A DNA stretch of 63,753 bases, filler included, from Octopus bimaculoides (lineage: Eukaryota): the NCBI RefSeq assembly GCF_001194135.2. It is 4 parts of 4 records of this genome, joined end to end, with 100 filler letters (N's around TTAATTAATTAA, not from the genome) between each part and the next. Parts side by side here need not be neighbours in the genome. Positions count along the whole stretch, not along the records: positions 32,395 to 60,060 come from NC_068989.1; positions 60,161 to 63,753 come from NC_068994.1; 2 more parts are not named here. One strand, 5' to 3'. Positions 49,011 to 61,739 of this stretch are shown here, piece after piece. The notes under the pieces were generated by a model. The model did no database searches and was not told the DNA's origin. It saw only the letters and a list, made by a program, of their open reading frames with translations. The first letter of the stretch is position 1. Every line of letters begins with the position of its first letter. The translations under genes and the position numbers were made by a program.

Positions 49011-49172
49011 CGACGGTCTTCTTTCAGTTTCCATCTACTAAATCCACTCACAAGGCTTTGGTCGGTCCGAAGCTATAGTAGAAGACACTTTCCCAAGGTG
49101 CCACACAGTGGGACTGAACCCGGAACCATGAGGTTGGTAAGCAAGCTACTTACCACACAGCCACTCCTGCGC
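48735..49172 (-). mobile_element. SINE family A, full length
   Basis: Complete tail-to-head match ending ccacacagccactcctgcgccta. Confidence 0.9.
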
Positions 49173-50429
49173 CTATGATAATTATATTTTAACCACTGCA
49201 AAAGTATTATTGATAACGTGTTTATAATATTTAGTCATGGTGAGTATACTGGGCTTCGTATAGTCCCTAGTTTAAATATCTTATTACTAAAAAGAAAAAA
49301 AATCACGCTTCCTCGAAGCACCCAACGTCCCCATATTACATCGACATTTGCTACTCCTTTATCTTACAATGCTCTTTAAGTAGAGGCTGCCAACCAGAGT
49401 AAGAACCATTGAGCTGGAACGAAACAGGAATATTTCAGAAGACATTGGAAGATATAGAAGAGTTGTCTGCATTGACTAAGGCCTAATGTCATAACATTTT
49501 GGCGGTGCCTGTGCTAGCACCAATGTTTTTTTATAGATCGGACATTTAAAGAGACCTGCAAGCTGGACATCAAGAGTTGGGAGAAGCTAACAATCACTGG
49601 TAACTTCTACATCAAGTCACACTAATAGATTAGACAGAAAGGCGGCGAGCTGGCAGAAACGTTAACACGCCGGGCGAAATGCTTAGCGGTATTTCGTCTT
49701 GAAATAAACTGAATAATGACATACATACAAACATACATACATACATACATACGTACATACATACATACATACATACATACATACATTCAAGCCATCGCTG
49801 GAACTGTAAAAATCTGTAAAACTTTCCGGAAGTTTTATTATTTGAATATATCTACGCATGCCTAGACATGCAACTAGATGCATGAGAATACATACATAAA
49901 GCAAAACATACAAATCTGAACATGAGCTAACTTAAATACTGCATGTATGCATACATACATGCTAAAATACCCCGTTTATATTGTTGAAATTTCAATGAAG
50001 TAACCTTGGATCTAGGTTAGAAACCGGCTCTATCCCCATTGGCAAGAAATCTTGAGATTAAAATGGGAGAATGAATTACATATGAAGTGGCTTCTATGGT
50101 TTCTGATCTTAACTAATTGGATGTGTTAACATGTACATGTTTTGCTTTGGTATTAAAGGTGAGCTGCAGAGCTTTCTACTGAATACAACAGATTTACTTA
50201 ACCAGTTGAGTATGTCCTTTGATGGCTGACGATATGTTCATCTCTGATCAGAAGTAGGAGTTGTGGTGGGGTATCATACCCATGTGTTGAGAGGAATTCT
50301 TTGGGGTTTGAATAATTCACACCTGGAAACTTAGGTATTTCGTTCGGCATCCTTAAGCAACACTTATCCAAAGACCTTTCGAGCAAGATAGGCTACTCCA
50401 CCAGAAGAAAATTTTAACTGAGTCCCACC

Positions 50430-50594
50430 TGCAAGGTCATGCGCTGTTTATCTTGATATGAAGTCAGCATGTCGCATACATATGGTTGCGATGCATGTGC
50501 CTGGTGTACCTTTATCGGATGGGTAGTCATGTTGGGTATATTGGGCTTCGTATATTTGTACCCCAGTGTCACATTGATGTCGAGTGCTGCTCTC

Positions 50595-50658
<64 letters not shown>

Positions 50659-50670
50659 GTAATAATAATA
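50430..50670 (+). mobile_element. 3' UTR-like end of a non-LTR element with (AAT)n tail
   Basis: gcaaggtcatgcgctgtttatc...gggcttcgtatatttgtaccccagtgtcac...ctc then (AAT)n; partial echo at ~49240. Confidence 0.45.
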
Positions 50671-50986
50671 ATGAAAATAATAAAAAAATAATAATATGTA
50701 TGTGTGTGTGTATGAACGTAGGCATGTATATCTATGACTCTGACAAAAGTAGGTTGCTCAATTTTTCTCAATCGATCAATGGAGTGATTGAGTAAACCTG
50801 TAACGACTACTGGAAACAGCTGTAAGTCAAATTTACTGCAAGAAAAAATGTACATAGTGACCATAATTAATATCTTGTCTGGTTTCTCTCTAACCCTCCC
50901 CCTCTCTCTCTCTTTCTCTCTCCTCTCTCTCTCTCTCTCTCTCTGTCTCTGTCTCACTCTCTCTATCTCTCTCTCTCCCTCTCTCC

Positions 50987-51019
<33 letters not shown>

Positions 51020-51082
51020 AACACATATATATATGTAGTATTAATTAATAGTAGGAGATGGATTTCTTATCAGACTTTTATT

Positions 51083-51124
51083 AGCTACAATATGTTTCGA
51101 CCCATCAGTCAAGGTCTCTTCAGG
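51083..51124 (-). ncRNA. Minimal type I hammerhead ribozyme-like motif (PLE type), helix I degenerate
   Basis: Minus strand reads c-CUGAAGA-GACC(uugacugaug)GGUC-GAA-ACA(uau)UGU-A-gcuAAUAAA: full core, helix II and helix III, GUA cleavage triplet, followed by a poly(A) signal. Confidence 0.55.
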
Positions 51125-51323
51125 TATTCCACTCAACATTATACATACTAATCGAATTATACGTACTTGTCGAAATTATTTATTATGTATATACATATGT
51201 GTGTGTGTGAGTATGCACACAGATATACATGTGTATGCACACACATATATAAAATATATAAGTATACAAACGTATATTCGTTGTAGATACACCCATACAA
51301 ACGCATATGCATATATACATGCA

Positions 51324-51355
<32 letters not shown>

Positions 51356-52095
51356 NNNNNNNNNNNNNNNNNNNNNNNNNNNNNNNNNNNNNNNNNNNNN
51401 NNNNNNNNNNNNNNNNNNNNNNNNNNNNNNNNNNNNNNNNNNNNNNNNNNNNNNNNNNNNNNNNNNNNNNNNNNNNNNNNNNNNNNNNNNNNNNNNNNNN
51501 NNNNNNNNNNNNNNNNNNNNNNNNNNNNNNNNNNNNNNNNNNNNNNNNNNNNNNNNNNNNNNNNNNNNNNNNNNNNNNNNNNNNNNNNNNNNNNNNNNNN
51601 NNNNNNNNNNNNNNNNNNNNNNNNNNNNNNNNNNNNNNNNNNNNNNNNNNNNNNNNNNNNNNNNNNNNNNNNNNNNNNNNNNNNNNNNNNNNNNNNNNNN
51701 NNNNNNNNNNNNNNNNNNNNNNNNNNNNNNNNNNNNNNNNNNNNNNNNNNNNNNNNNNNNNNNNNNNNNNNNNNNNNNNNNNNNNNNNNNNNNNNNNNNN
51801 NNNNNNNNNNNNNNNNNNNNNNNNNNNNNNNNNNNNNNNNNNNNNNNNNNNNNNNNNNNNNNNNNNNNNNNNNNNNNNNNNNNNNNNNNNNNNNNNNNNN
51901 NNNNNNNNNACGTACACGCACATTACTATTCGATAAAAAAACATATTTCGAACAATATGCATGCACGCATGCGACATATGTATATACATACACACATACA
52001 CACACACATACATACATTCATAGATACACATACATACATACATATATATATACATGCATACATACATATATATGCATGCACACACATACATACAT

Positions 52096-52134
<39 letters not shown>

Positions 52135-52822
52135 CATACACATACATACATACATACATACATACACACATACATATATATATATATATACACATACATA
52201 CATACATATATATATATATATACACATACATACACACACATACATACATACACACATACATACATACCTGCATACATACATACATGCACGCATACATACA
52301 TATATACACACACATATATATATACATACACATACATACACACATACATATATATACACATACATACATACATACATACATACATACATACATACATACA
52401 TACGTACATACATGTATCCTCTCTATTCGACTTATAATTCTTTTAAAGTTTGCACGTGTCTAGCAAGTGCAACTGGTGTTCTTCGAATCCGGCTTCGCCA
52501 CCACCACCACCACCACCACCTTTACCGTGGTGGCGGCAGCAGCGGTGGAGGCGGAGGTGTTGGTGGTGGTGGTGGTGGTAGTATTGGTGGTATTGGTGGT
52601 GTTGGTGGTGGTGGTTGCATTGTTTACGCTGGTGGTCGTGGTGGCTGAGATCCTGATGTTTTGTTTGTCGTGTTTGTGGTGGCTGTAGTTGTGGTAGTGA
52701 TAATGGTAGTTGTGGCTGCGGTTGTTGTATTGGTTGTAGTGCTGGTGGTAGACGTGTGACATATTTCGACCGAATGTGTCTGTGCGCAAGTATATACATA
52801 TATATGTGTGTGTGTCTGTGTA

Positions 52823-52865
<43 letters not shown>

Positions 52866-53751
52866 GCGTGTGTATGTGCGAGTATGTGTGTGTGTATGTA
52901 TGTATGTATATTTATATATAGATACGTACATACAAATATACGTACACTGCATTATACATACCAACATTTTTCCGCTCATATATGATATCAACACCCCCCT
53001 CTAGCTGCTATACCCCCTGCAACGAATCTTTTCTCACTTCATACACACTCATACACACGCCCACATGTACACACCCACCTAAACACACAAACACACACAC
53101 ATATACACGATATATACATATATGTATATATATACATATACATATATATATATANNNNNNNNNNNNNNNNNNNNNNNNNNNNNNNNNNNNNNNNNNNNNN
53201 NNNNNNNNNNNNNNNNNNNNNNNNNNNNNNNNNNNNNNNNNNNNNNNNNNNNNNNNNNNNNNNNNNNNNNNNNNNNNNNNNNNNNNNNNNNNNNNNNNNN
53301 NNNNNNNNNNNNNNNNNNNNNNNNNNNNNNNNNNNNNNNNNNNNNNNNNNNNNNNNNNNNNNNNNNNNNNNNNNNNNNNNNNNNNNNNNNNNNNNNNNNN
53401 NNNNNNNNNNNNNNNNNNNNNNNNNNNNNNNNNNNNNNNNNNNNNNNNNNNNNNNNNNNNNNNNNNNNNNNNNNNNNNNNNNNNNNNNNNNNNNNNNNNN
53501 NNNNNNNNNNNNNNNNNNNNNNNNNNNNNNTATATATATATATATATATATATTCGAAAACAAACACATGGTATCCAGACGAAACAGAGAATCTAGCCAC
53601 GGTAGTCAGTTACCGCCACGAAGACAATTCCTTACCCACCCCAGTCCAACCACCCGACATTGCTATCTATTTGCACCTCTCTCTTTCTATCTACCTCTCT
53701 TAATGTTACTCTCTCTCTCTCACACACACACAGACACTCTGTCTGTCTGTT

Positions 53752-53782
<31 letters not shown>

Positions 53783-53831
53783 TACACTCTGTCTGTCTGT
53801 CTGTCTCCCTCTCTCTCTCACACACATACAC

Positions 53832-53863
<32 letters not shown>

Positions 53864-53884
53864 ACTCGTTCGCTATATATATCC

Positions 53885-53925
<41 letters not shown>

Positions 53926-54699
53926 TATATATACACAGATATATGCATGTAAGTATGTATGTATAGATAGATACATACATACATACATACATACATACAT
54001 ACATACATACATACATACCTACATACGTACATACATACATACATTCATACACACACACATACACACACATACATACACACACACATACATACATGCATAC
54101 ATACATACATACACCCACTGGCACACCGCGTTGTTCCGCGTTGTTCCACGTTGAATGATAACGTTGGTGTTACTCCTTGGCTGGAGGTAATATCTCAAAG
54201 TTGGTCCCAGAATAACAGAATAACATGTTCTTTCAAGGTGATTAGTAAAAATAGAAGGAAAGCTTTNNNNNNNNNNNNNNNNNNNNNNNNNNNNNNNNNN
54301 NNNNNNNNNNNNNNNNNNNNNNNNNNNNNNNNNNNNNNNNNNNNNNNNNNNNNNNNNNNNNNNNNNNNNNNNNNNNNNNNNNNNNNNNNNNNNNNNNNNN
54401 NNNNNNNNNNNNNNNNNNNNNNNNNNNNNNNNNNNNNNNNNNNNNNNNNNNNNNNNNNNNNNNNNNNNNNNNNNNNNNNNNCTCCGAGGGCGGTAAATGA
54501 AAGGGCTGCCCCGGCCGCTACGCACTCTAGCTACGCTAGTGGTTACAGGGAGCGCAATGGACCCCCGATGTTTTTTGGTGGAGGGCAATGAAAATACTTC
54601 ATCGTCAAAATGAACGAGCGTAGAAACGTTTATGGACAGATTTGAAACATTACGTTTTGATGAACGGATTTAACTAATTCCATTGATGTATAAATATAG

Positions 54700-55132
54700 T
54701 CCTTTCCACTGGAAGTACAAGGCCTGGAATTTGGAGGAAGGGATTAAGTCGATTACATCGCCCCCAGTACGTAACTGATACTTAATTTATCGACCCCGAA
54801 GGGATAAAAGGCAAAGTCGACCCCGGCGTCATTTAAACTCAGAACGCCGCGATGGGCAAAATACCGCTAAGCATTTCATCCAGAGTGCTAATGATTCTTA
54901 TTTTTTTATTGCCCACAAGGGGCTAAACATAGAGGGGACAAACAAGGACAGACAAAGGGATTAAGTCGATTACATCGACCCCAGTGCGTAACTGGTACTT
55001 AATTCATTGACTCTGAAAGGATGAAAGGCAAAGTCGACCTCGGAGGAATTTGAACTCAGAAAGTAACGGCAGACGAAATACCGCTAAGCATTTTGCCCAG
55101 CATGCTAACGGTTCTGCCAGCTCGCCGCCTTA
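54700..55132 (-). mobile_element. Two tandem SINE family D copies, the second with a LINE-like 3' tail (54905-54955)
   Basis: ggattaagtcgattacatcg.ccccagt.cgtaactg.tacttaatt...aaaggcaaagtcgacc...ctgccagctcgccgcctt. Confidence 0.85.
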
Positions 55133-55339
55133 ATACCGTTTGTAATAATGACTTTCTCTGATCACAGCATCTTGTGTAAAAATGGCTAAAATGAGAGTTT
55201 TTGGAGATCAGATATTACCGCATATAAATCGTTCATTTGCAAAAGTTTCACTTATCGTGTACGTGTGTACGATGAGAAGTACTTTTGTTCCTTCTTTTAT
55301 TAGGTGTTCTTTCAACTGTTTCCTTATTCTATATCGTTC

Positions 55340-55730
55340 TGTATCGAAGACGTTCCAGATAGTTCTTGCTGGACCAAGTAAATAGGTTTCCTACTCCTAG
55401 ATCAAGATTCTCAAGACTTGATTTCAAATTCTTCATCACAGTTCTTAATGCTCCAATGATAATTGACAGAGTCGGGACCTTGTTAATCCTTCGTTCCAAC
55501 ATTTGGGTATTTCATATTTCAAGCTGATGAAATAATGCACTTTTCATTTTCCGTTTTCTGAATCCTGGTATCAAATAGACTTACCACGCTAAATACAAGA
55601 CACAATTTCCCCTTATCGACTTCTACAATATCTGGTTTGTTGCATTCTTTGATTTCAGTTTCTATAGAAAAGTCCCATAAGCTCACTTCATCGTTTCCAA
55701 GGACTTTCATTTACGCTCCTATAAAATGAT
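55340..55730 (-). mobile_element. R4/Dong-type RLE endonuclease fragment
   Basis: KVLGNDEVSLWDFSIETEIKECNKPDIVEVDKG...LFDTRIQKTENEK. Confidence 0.7.
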
Positions 55731-56073
55731 CATTGTTCCATTTTGTGCAAGCAAAACCGAACTCATCACCGTCTGATCGTGCCTACAGCTTTTGTATTCA
55801 TTTTCATCTAACTGCAGTCATCCCGTTCCAGTGTTACCAGAATCAATCCTTCGGTCTCTTTCTTCAATATTCCCGTTTTCCTTTACTCAGAGCAATGTCG
55901 ACTTCAGGGGAATTTAAACTCAGAGCGTAAGAAGTCGGAAGAAATGCAGCTTAGCATTTCGTTCGGCGCAGTAACGATTCCCCAAGCTCCCCGCCTTAAA
56001 CATATATGATATATACAGATACATATATATGCATTAATATGTACACACACACACACACACACACATACACACA

Positions 56074-56117
<44 letters not shown>

Positions 56118-56149
56118 TATATATATACTCTTTACTCTTTTACTCTTTA

Positions 56150-56366
56150 CTCTTTTACTCTTTTACTTGTTTCAGTCATTTGACTGTGGCCATGCTGGAG
56201 CACCGCCTTTTAGTCGAGCAAATCGACCCTGGAACTTATTCTTTGTAAGCCTAGTACTTATACTATCGGTCACTTTTGCTGAACCGCTAGGTTACTGGGA
56301 CCTAACCCCCATCGGTTGTCAAGCGATGTTGGGGGGACAAACACAGACACACAAGCATACACACGC

Positions 56367-56399
<33 letters not shown>

Positions 56400-56535
56400 C
56401 GACGGGCTTCTTTCAGTTTCCGTCTACCAAATGCACTCACAAGGGTTTGGTCGGCCCGAGGCTGTAGTAGAAGACACTTGCCCAAGGTGCCACGCAGTGG
56501 GACTGAACCCAGAACAAGCTACTTACCACACACCC
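56150..56535 (-). mobile_element. SINE family A copy
   Basis: Family consensus with internal head deletion. Confidence 0.85.
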
Positions 56536-56672
56536 TCTCCTACGCCTATATATATATATATATATTATATGCATGTGTCAATATGTTTATATGCACACAG
56601 ACAGACACAGACATATACACACATACTCACACACTCAAACACACACACACACATGCACACGCGCACACACAC

Positions 56673-56704
<32 letters not shown>

Positions 56705-56946
56705 TCATAATGACTGAATAGAATTACATAATTTCAGGCGAGACTACAGGATATCGAATTGTCGGGACGAGGAATTGTCCGTTGATTCAATTGTCTCCTA
56801 GTTCGATCGATAAATTCCATTATTGGCCACAGAGGTCAGAGTTCAGAGGGTAGCAAAAGGAAATTTATAAAATACAGGAATAAGTGTTGTCTGTCGAATA
56901 TCGATATCACATATGGCGACGGCCATAACACGTGACATGGGGAGGT

Positions 56947-56959
56947 CGCCACCTGGTGG
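56947..56959 (-). promoter_or_regulatory. Candidate CTCF-binding core motif
   Basis: Minus strand CCACCAGGTGGCG fits the CTCF core CCASYAGRKGGCR; lies in a non-repetitive island. Confidence 0.35.
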
Positions 56960-57295
56960 ATAGTTGGTAGCAGAAGGGATGGGATGCGTATATATATATA
57001 TACATATATATATACATATATATATACATACACACACACATATATATATACATATATATATACATACACACACACATATATATATACGCGTGCGCGCACA
57101 AACACATACACACACACACACACGCACACGCATATACGCACACACTGACATTCACACACACTTACACACACATACACACACACACAAGCTCTCATACACA
57201 CGCATAAATGTACATACACACACATGGACACGCACATACACAACATACACGGACATATGCACATACACGCACACACGACATACGCACGTACATGT

Positions 57296-57326
<31 letters not shown>

Positions 57327-57331
57327 CGCGC

Positions 57332-57366
<35 letters not shown>

Positions 57367-59171
57367 CAAACACACACATATGACATACGAACACACATAC
57401 ATACACATGCACACAAACACACATACACACGACATTCACGCACATGCAGACATCTTACGACTCATCAAGAGAAAGGTTCTATGTGGTCACACAATATGCT
57501 AGAAATAGTAGCTAAATCGCCATCAAAGCACACGCCTGAAAAGCTTTTAAATATAATTCTGCCCATTATAGGAAGAAGGCCTGAAATTTTAAGGGGAGGG
57601 GCTAGTCGATTATATGGATCCCAGAGCTTGACTGTTACTTATTTCATCGACCCTGAAAGAATGAAAGGCAAAGACCACCTTGGCGTAAATTTGATGGTAG
57701 GTGTATAAACAATAAGGGCTTAACATTTTAGCACAAAGCCAGCAATGTCATTTCTCAAAGGTATTTATTTTATCGATCTCGTAAGGATGAAGGGCATAGT
57801 CAACATTGGCGCTACTCAAATGTAAGAGCATAAATACGAACACCATTGAAGATCAAATCCAAACGACAGCCCTCGGTCATATTGGCAGCGTTTTCCTCAC
57901 AAACAGGCTTGAACACCTGACAGAAGTAATGTCATTATCTATTCCCTGACTCTCTTCTCCCGCTGCAACAACAGTTGCTGCTCCTCCGAAATCGCAAACA
58001 ATGAACCGTCTAAAACATCCACTCACTAACACATTACAATCACTGACACACTGCCCCACCCACTCACTCATAGTTCCATTACAACATTAATACTGCATAA
58101 CAGCACAAAAATAATGGTAATAATAGTTCGTGTAAAGTGATATTCAGTGCGCTCAAGTGCACTCGGACGTTAGAAGGCCTTTCACTGCGGAGAGAGTCTC
58201 GAGAGAAAATTCTTTTTCTAAACAAGATGATTTGTGAATGACGTAAGTGAATCGTAAGACGTATGTGTTTCTGTGCCATTTCACTTTGTCAGTCACGAAT
58301 ACCAAATATGTTCAAACACTGCACGAATGTCAATAACATGGTTTCATTGCTTAGCGCGCATCTCGGACACTCAAGCCTGACGGCACTTCCGTGCCCGTAG
58401 AGTTTGTTTCGAACCAGTACCAGTAGAGTGTCCCTCGGTAACTTACTAACTAATTTACCAGGGATTTCTGGAATTTAACAACTATTGTAATCGGTCCGAA
58501 AGACCCCCATAACAGACCAGCGAATTCGCCCTTGTTGGCGCCTAGAGTTCTTCAAAAAGCTAATCGCTCTAACCCACTCCTACTCCATACATATTGCAAA
58601 ACTGGAACTTACTCTGACCACATTGCCCAAATGTTAGAGGCTGGTGAAAGTCTGATGATATTCCTGATACTAGACACCCAATCTTGGACTTTTCTAGACT
58701 CAGGACTGCAGCTCCATCGAAGAAATATATGCCTTACAAACGGAAACCATAGATGCTAACCATCCAAAAACCTCTGTATACAGCAAATCACCAGTGCGTG
58801 TCGACTCATCAGTAACCATGGCATGACGAGCCCGCCTTCCAAATGGACCTCTTGACCAATGAATCGTGTCCACTCCACAGAAAGCAGGCAAACAGAAATT
58901 CAATAATATTATTTCTAACATAAACAAACTATCTCAAATTTGAGGGGGGGGGGCAGATTAGTGAATTAAATTGACCCCAGTAAGGTGTTACTTTATATTA
59001 TTTCTCCCAGAGTGAGAGCAGGCAAGGTTGCTTTAGTAAGGTTTAGACTCAGAAAAAAAAAAAGAAAAAAGAAAAACAGTCGAAACAAGACTGCAAAACA
59101 ATTAATCTCACGCTCTAACGGTTCTTCTAATTCACCACTACCACTACAATCCCAACACCACCACCACCACC

Positions 59172-59208
<37 letters not shown>

Positions 59209-59389
59209 CGCTACAGCAAATATTGTCTTGGTATAAAAGATGGGCTACAGCAAATATTCTGCTCAATACCACAGATTTGCTTGTCACTTGTTTCACCTTA
59301 ACCAGTTGAGCAAGAAGAAGAAGAAGAAGAAGAAGAAGAAGAAGAAGAAGAAGAAGAAAAATGGTTTCAAATTTTGGCAAAAGGCCAGC

Positions 59390-59570
59390 ATTTTCGGGTG
59401 AGGGGCAAGGTCGATTATATTGACTCTAGTGCTCAAATGGTACTTATTTTATCGACCCCGAAAGGATGAAAGGCAAAGTCGACATCAGCGTAAATTGAAC
59501 TCACAGCGTAGGGACGTACGAAACGCCGCTAAGCATGTTGACCGACGTGCTGACGATTCTACCAGCTTAA
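59390..59570 (-). mobile_element. SINE family D copy (others at 55890-55995, 57580-57830, 59860-60035 and a head at 49640-49700 +)
   Basis: ggtacttattttatcgaccccgaaaggatgaaaggcaaagtcgac...gctaagcat...gacgattctaccagc. Confidence 0.8.
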
Positions 59571-59574
59571 ATAA

Positions 59575-59800
59575 CAGTTGCATCCCCATTTGAAAGAAAC
59601 AACATCGCTGAAGAGAAATTGCGAAAATATTGGAAGCTGGAGATATATATCAGAAAAATGTGGGAACATGGAATATCAAAAGAATCATACAGATATCTAG
59701 ACCAAATTCCTGACAGCCCCAAAATAGGTGAATTGCAAAAGAGCATAGTTATGGGTTCCTCACATATTTTATGTAAATTCCTCGCCATGTAAAGAATCTT
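59575..59800 (+). mobile_element. R4/Dong-type 3' ORF fragment
   Basis: VASPFERNNIAEEKLRKYWKLEIYIRKMW...IGELQKSIVMGSSHILCKFL*. Confidence 0.65.
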
Positions 59801-60060
59801 ATTCATTCAGTTTTATTAGGAATTCTATAAAGAGAACTTTTATATATATATATATATATTTCTTTATTGCCCACAGGGGGCTAAACATAGAGGGGACAAA
59901 CAAGTGGTTTCAGTTGATTACATCGACCCCCAGTGCGTAACTGGTACTTATTTAATTGAACTCAGAACGTAACGGCAGACGAAATACCGCTAGGCATTTC
60001 GCCCGGCGTGCTAACGATTCTGCCAGCTCGCCGCTCTTATATATATATATATATATATAT

Positions 60061-60160
60061 NNNNNNNNNNNNNNNNNNNNNNNNNNNNNNNNNNNNNNNN
60101 NNNNTTAATTAATTAANNNNNNNNNNNNNNNNNNNNNNNNNNNNNNNNNNNNNNNNNNNN
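60061..60160. other. Artificial scaffold spacer N44-TTAATTAATTAA-N44
   Basis: Same 100-bp structure as 16276. Confidence 0.95.
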
Positions 60161-60699
60161 GACCAATAGAATAAGCATCTGACTTCAAAAAGTTAAGCAC
60201 TGGAGTCGAATTTTTCGATTAAACCTCTTCAGGGCGTTGACCTAGTATGGCCGCAGTCCAATGTTTGAAACCAGTAAAAGATAAAAGATACTAGAACCGA
60301 AGTTGTGCTAAAGTAAAGCCGTACAAACTGATTACCGTATAAACCGAGGGGTAGTTATATTTATAATGTTGAAAGAGATTGTGTTGTCATGTCTGTATTG
60401 AGGGGTTCCCTGAGGTCTCCGTTCCTGGACGTTGGCATCACAAGCAGGGGAGGTGCGCATCATAAAGTGTGACACTATAGGGCTTTTTATATAAAAAGTG
60501 ATATGTAAAATGCAAATCTAATCCATTAATGTATCTCATCTACCAATAACTGACTAACGAATATGATGGGGTGTGGAGGGAGGAAGAGATAGTGGTTTAT
60601 GATACGGGAAACAGCCAAGAGTTTGTACAAGACATCTTGTGAGCACCAGAACAGATTTATGGCTGGTACAAACTTCCAAGCTGAAGGTGACTTACTCTT

Positions 60700-61090
60700 T
60701 ACTCTTTTACTTGTTTCAGTCATTTGACTGCGGCCATGCTGGAGCACCGCCTTTAGTCGAGAAAATCGACCCTAGGACTTATTCTTTGTAAGCCTAGTAC
60801 TTATTCTATCGGTCTCTTTTGCCGAACCGCTAAGTTACGGGGACGTAAACACACCACCATCTGTTGTCAAGCGATGCTGGGGTGGGGGACAAACACAGAC
60901 ACACAAACACACATACACACACACATATATATATATATACATATATACGACGGGCTTCTTTCAGTTTCCGTCTACCAAATCCACTCACAAGGCTTTGGTC
61001 GGCCCGAAGCTATAGTAGAAGACACATGCCCAAGGTGCTATGCAGTGGGACTGAACCCGGAACCATGTGGTTGGTAAGCAAGCTACTTAC
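60700..61090 (-). mobile_element. SINE family A, near full length
   Basis: Family consensus from (CTTTTA) tail to ...ggttggtaagcaagctacttacc. Confidence 0.9.
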
Positions 61091-61352
61091 CCTTCCTCTA
61101 TGTTGTCGGTGATGTCACATGAATAGAGCCAGAAATGCTAAAAGATAAGTTTAGAAAGATTGGAAGAAAGTGAAGGAGCAAAGAAGAATATTAAGTAGCT
61201 AAGAGAAGCTTCAAGTTCATACATGTTTATGTATAACCAGTATACCAGTGAGAATCGAGACGGTGTTGGTGGAAGTGTGCAAAAAGATTGTAGCGTACTT
61301 GTTTTCACTGATGCCCAAAAGAGAGAGAATGTATATGCTATTGCAAGAGGTT

Positions 61353-61461
<109 letters not shown>

Positions 61462-61739
61462 CGGAGAGAGAGAGAGAGACGGAGAGAGAGAGAGAGACCT
61501 ACAAGTAGATCCAACATTGCTTGATTGACTGACCTTCGACGTCCCTACCAGTGGGGATTCACGGTACGGGTTGTACTATTCATCCTTTCGATCGCTGTAT
61601 ACAAAATATTGCTCACAAGATCTCAGATCCAACATAGGGACCAACCATTGCACGGAAAGGGTCATCAGACATAGTGACTGAAAGTATCTGGTAAGGTAGA
61701 TCACGTGCTCACTTGTATAAGTCAATCAGGTTGTGCAGG

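Noticed and set aside
49795-49830. tggaactgt (WNC) as the MYND start
   Set aside because: Continues KNL* with no GRKA or further cysteines
52443-52994. His/Gln/Gly/Thr-rich ORFs over the (ACC)/(GGT) region
   Set aside because: Low-complexity trinucleotide repeats give plausible-looking text in several frames on both strands; starts lie in microsatellite
54482-54590. GC-rich patch resembling a DNA-transposon terminus
   Set aside because: Bounded by a gap; no partner TIR or TSD visible, so it cannot be supported
324-57708. Many long ORFs in the supplied track (e.g. 6588-7472, 33867-34718, 36405-37295, 51183-52648, 56836-57435)
   Set aside because: They run through N gaps or translate (CA)n/(TA)n/(TACA)n microsatellites ([12 protein letters not shown]); there are no splice signals or domain content
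58805-58825. ctgatgag on the minus strand as a hammerhead
   Set aside because: No helix II or GAAA follows
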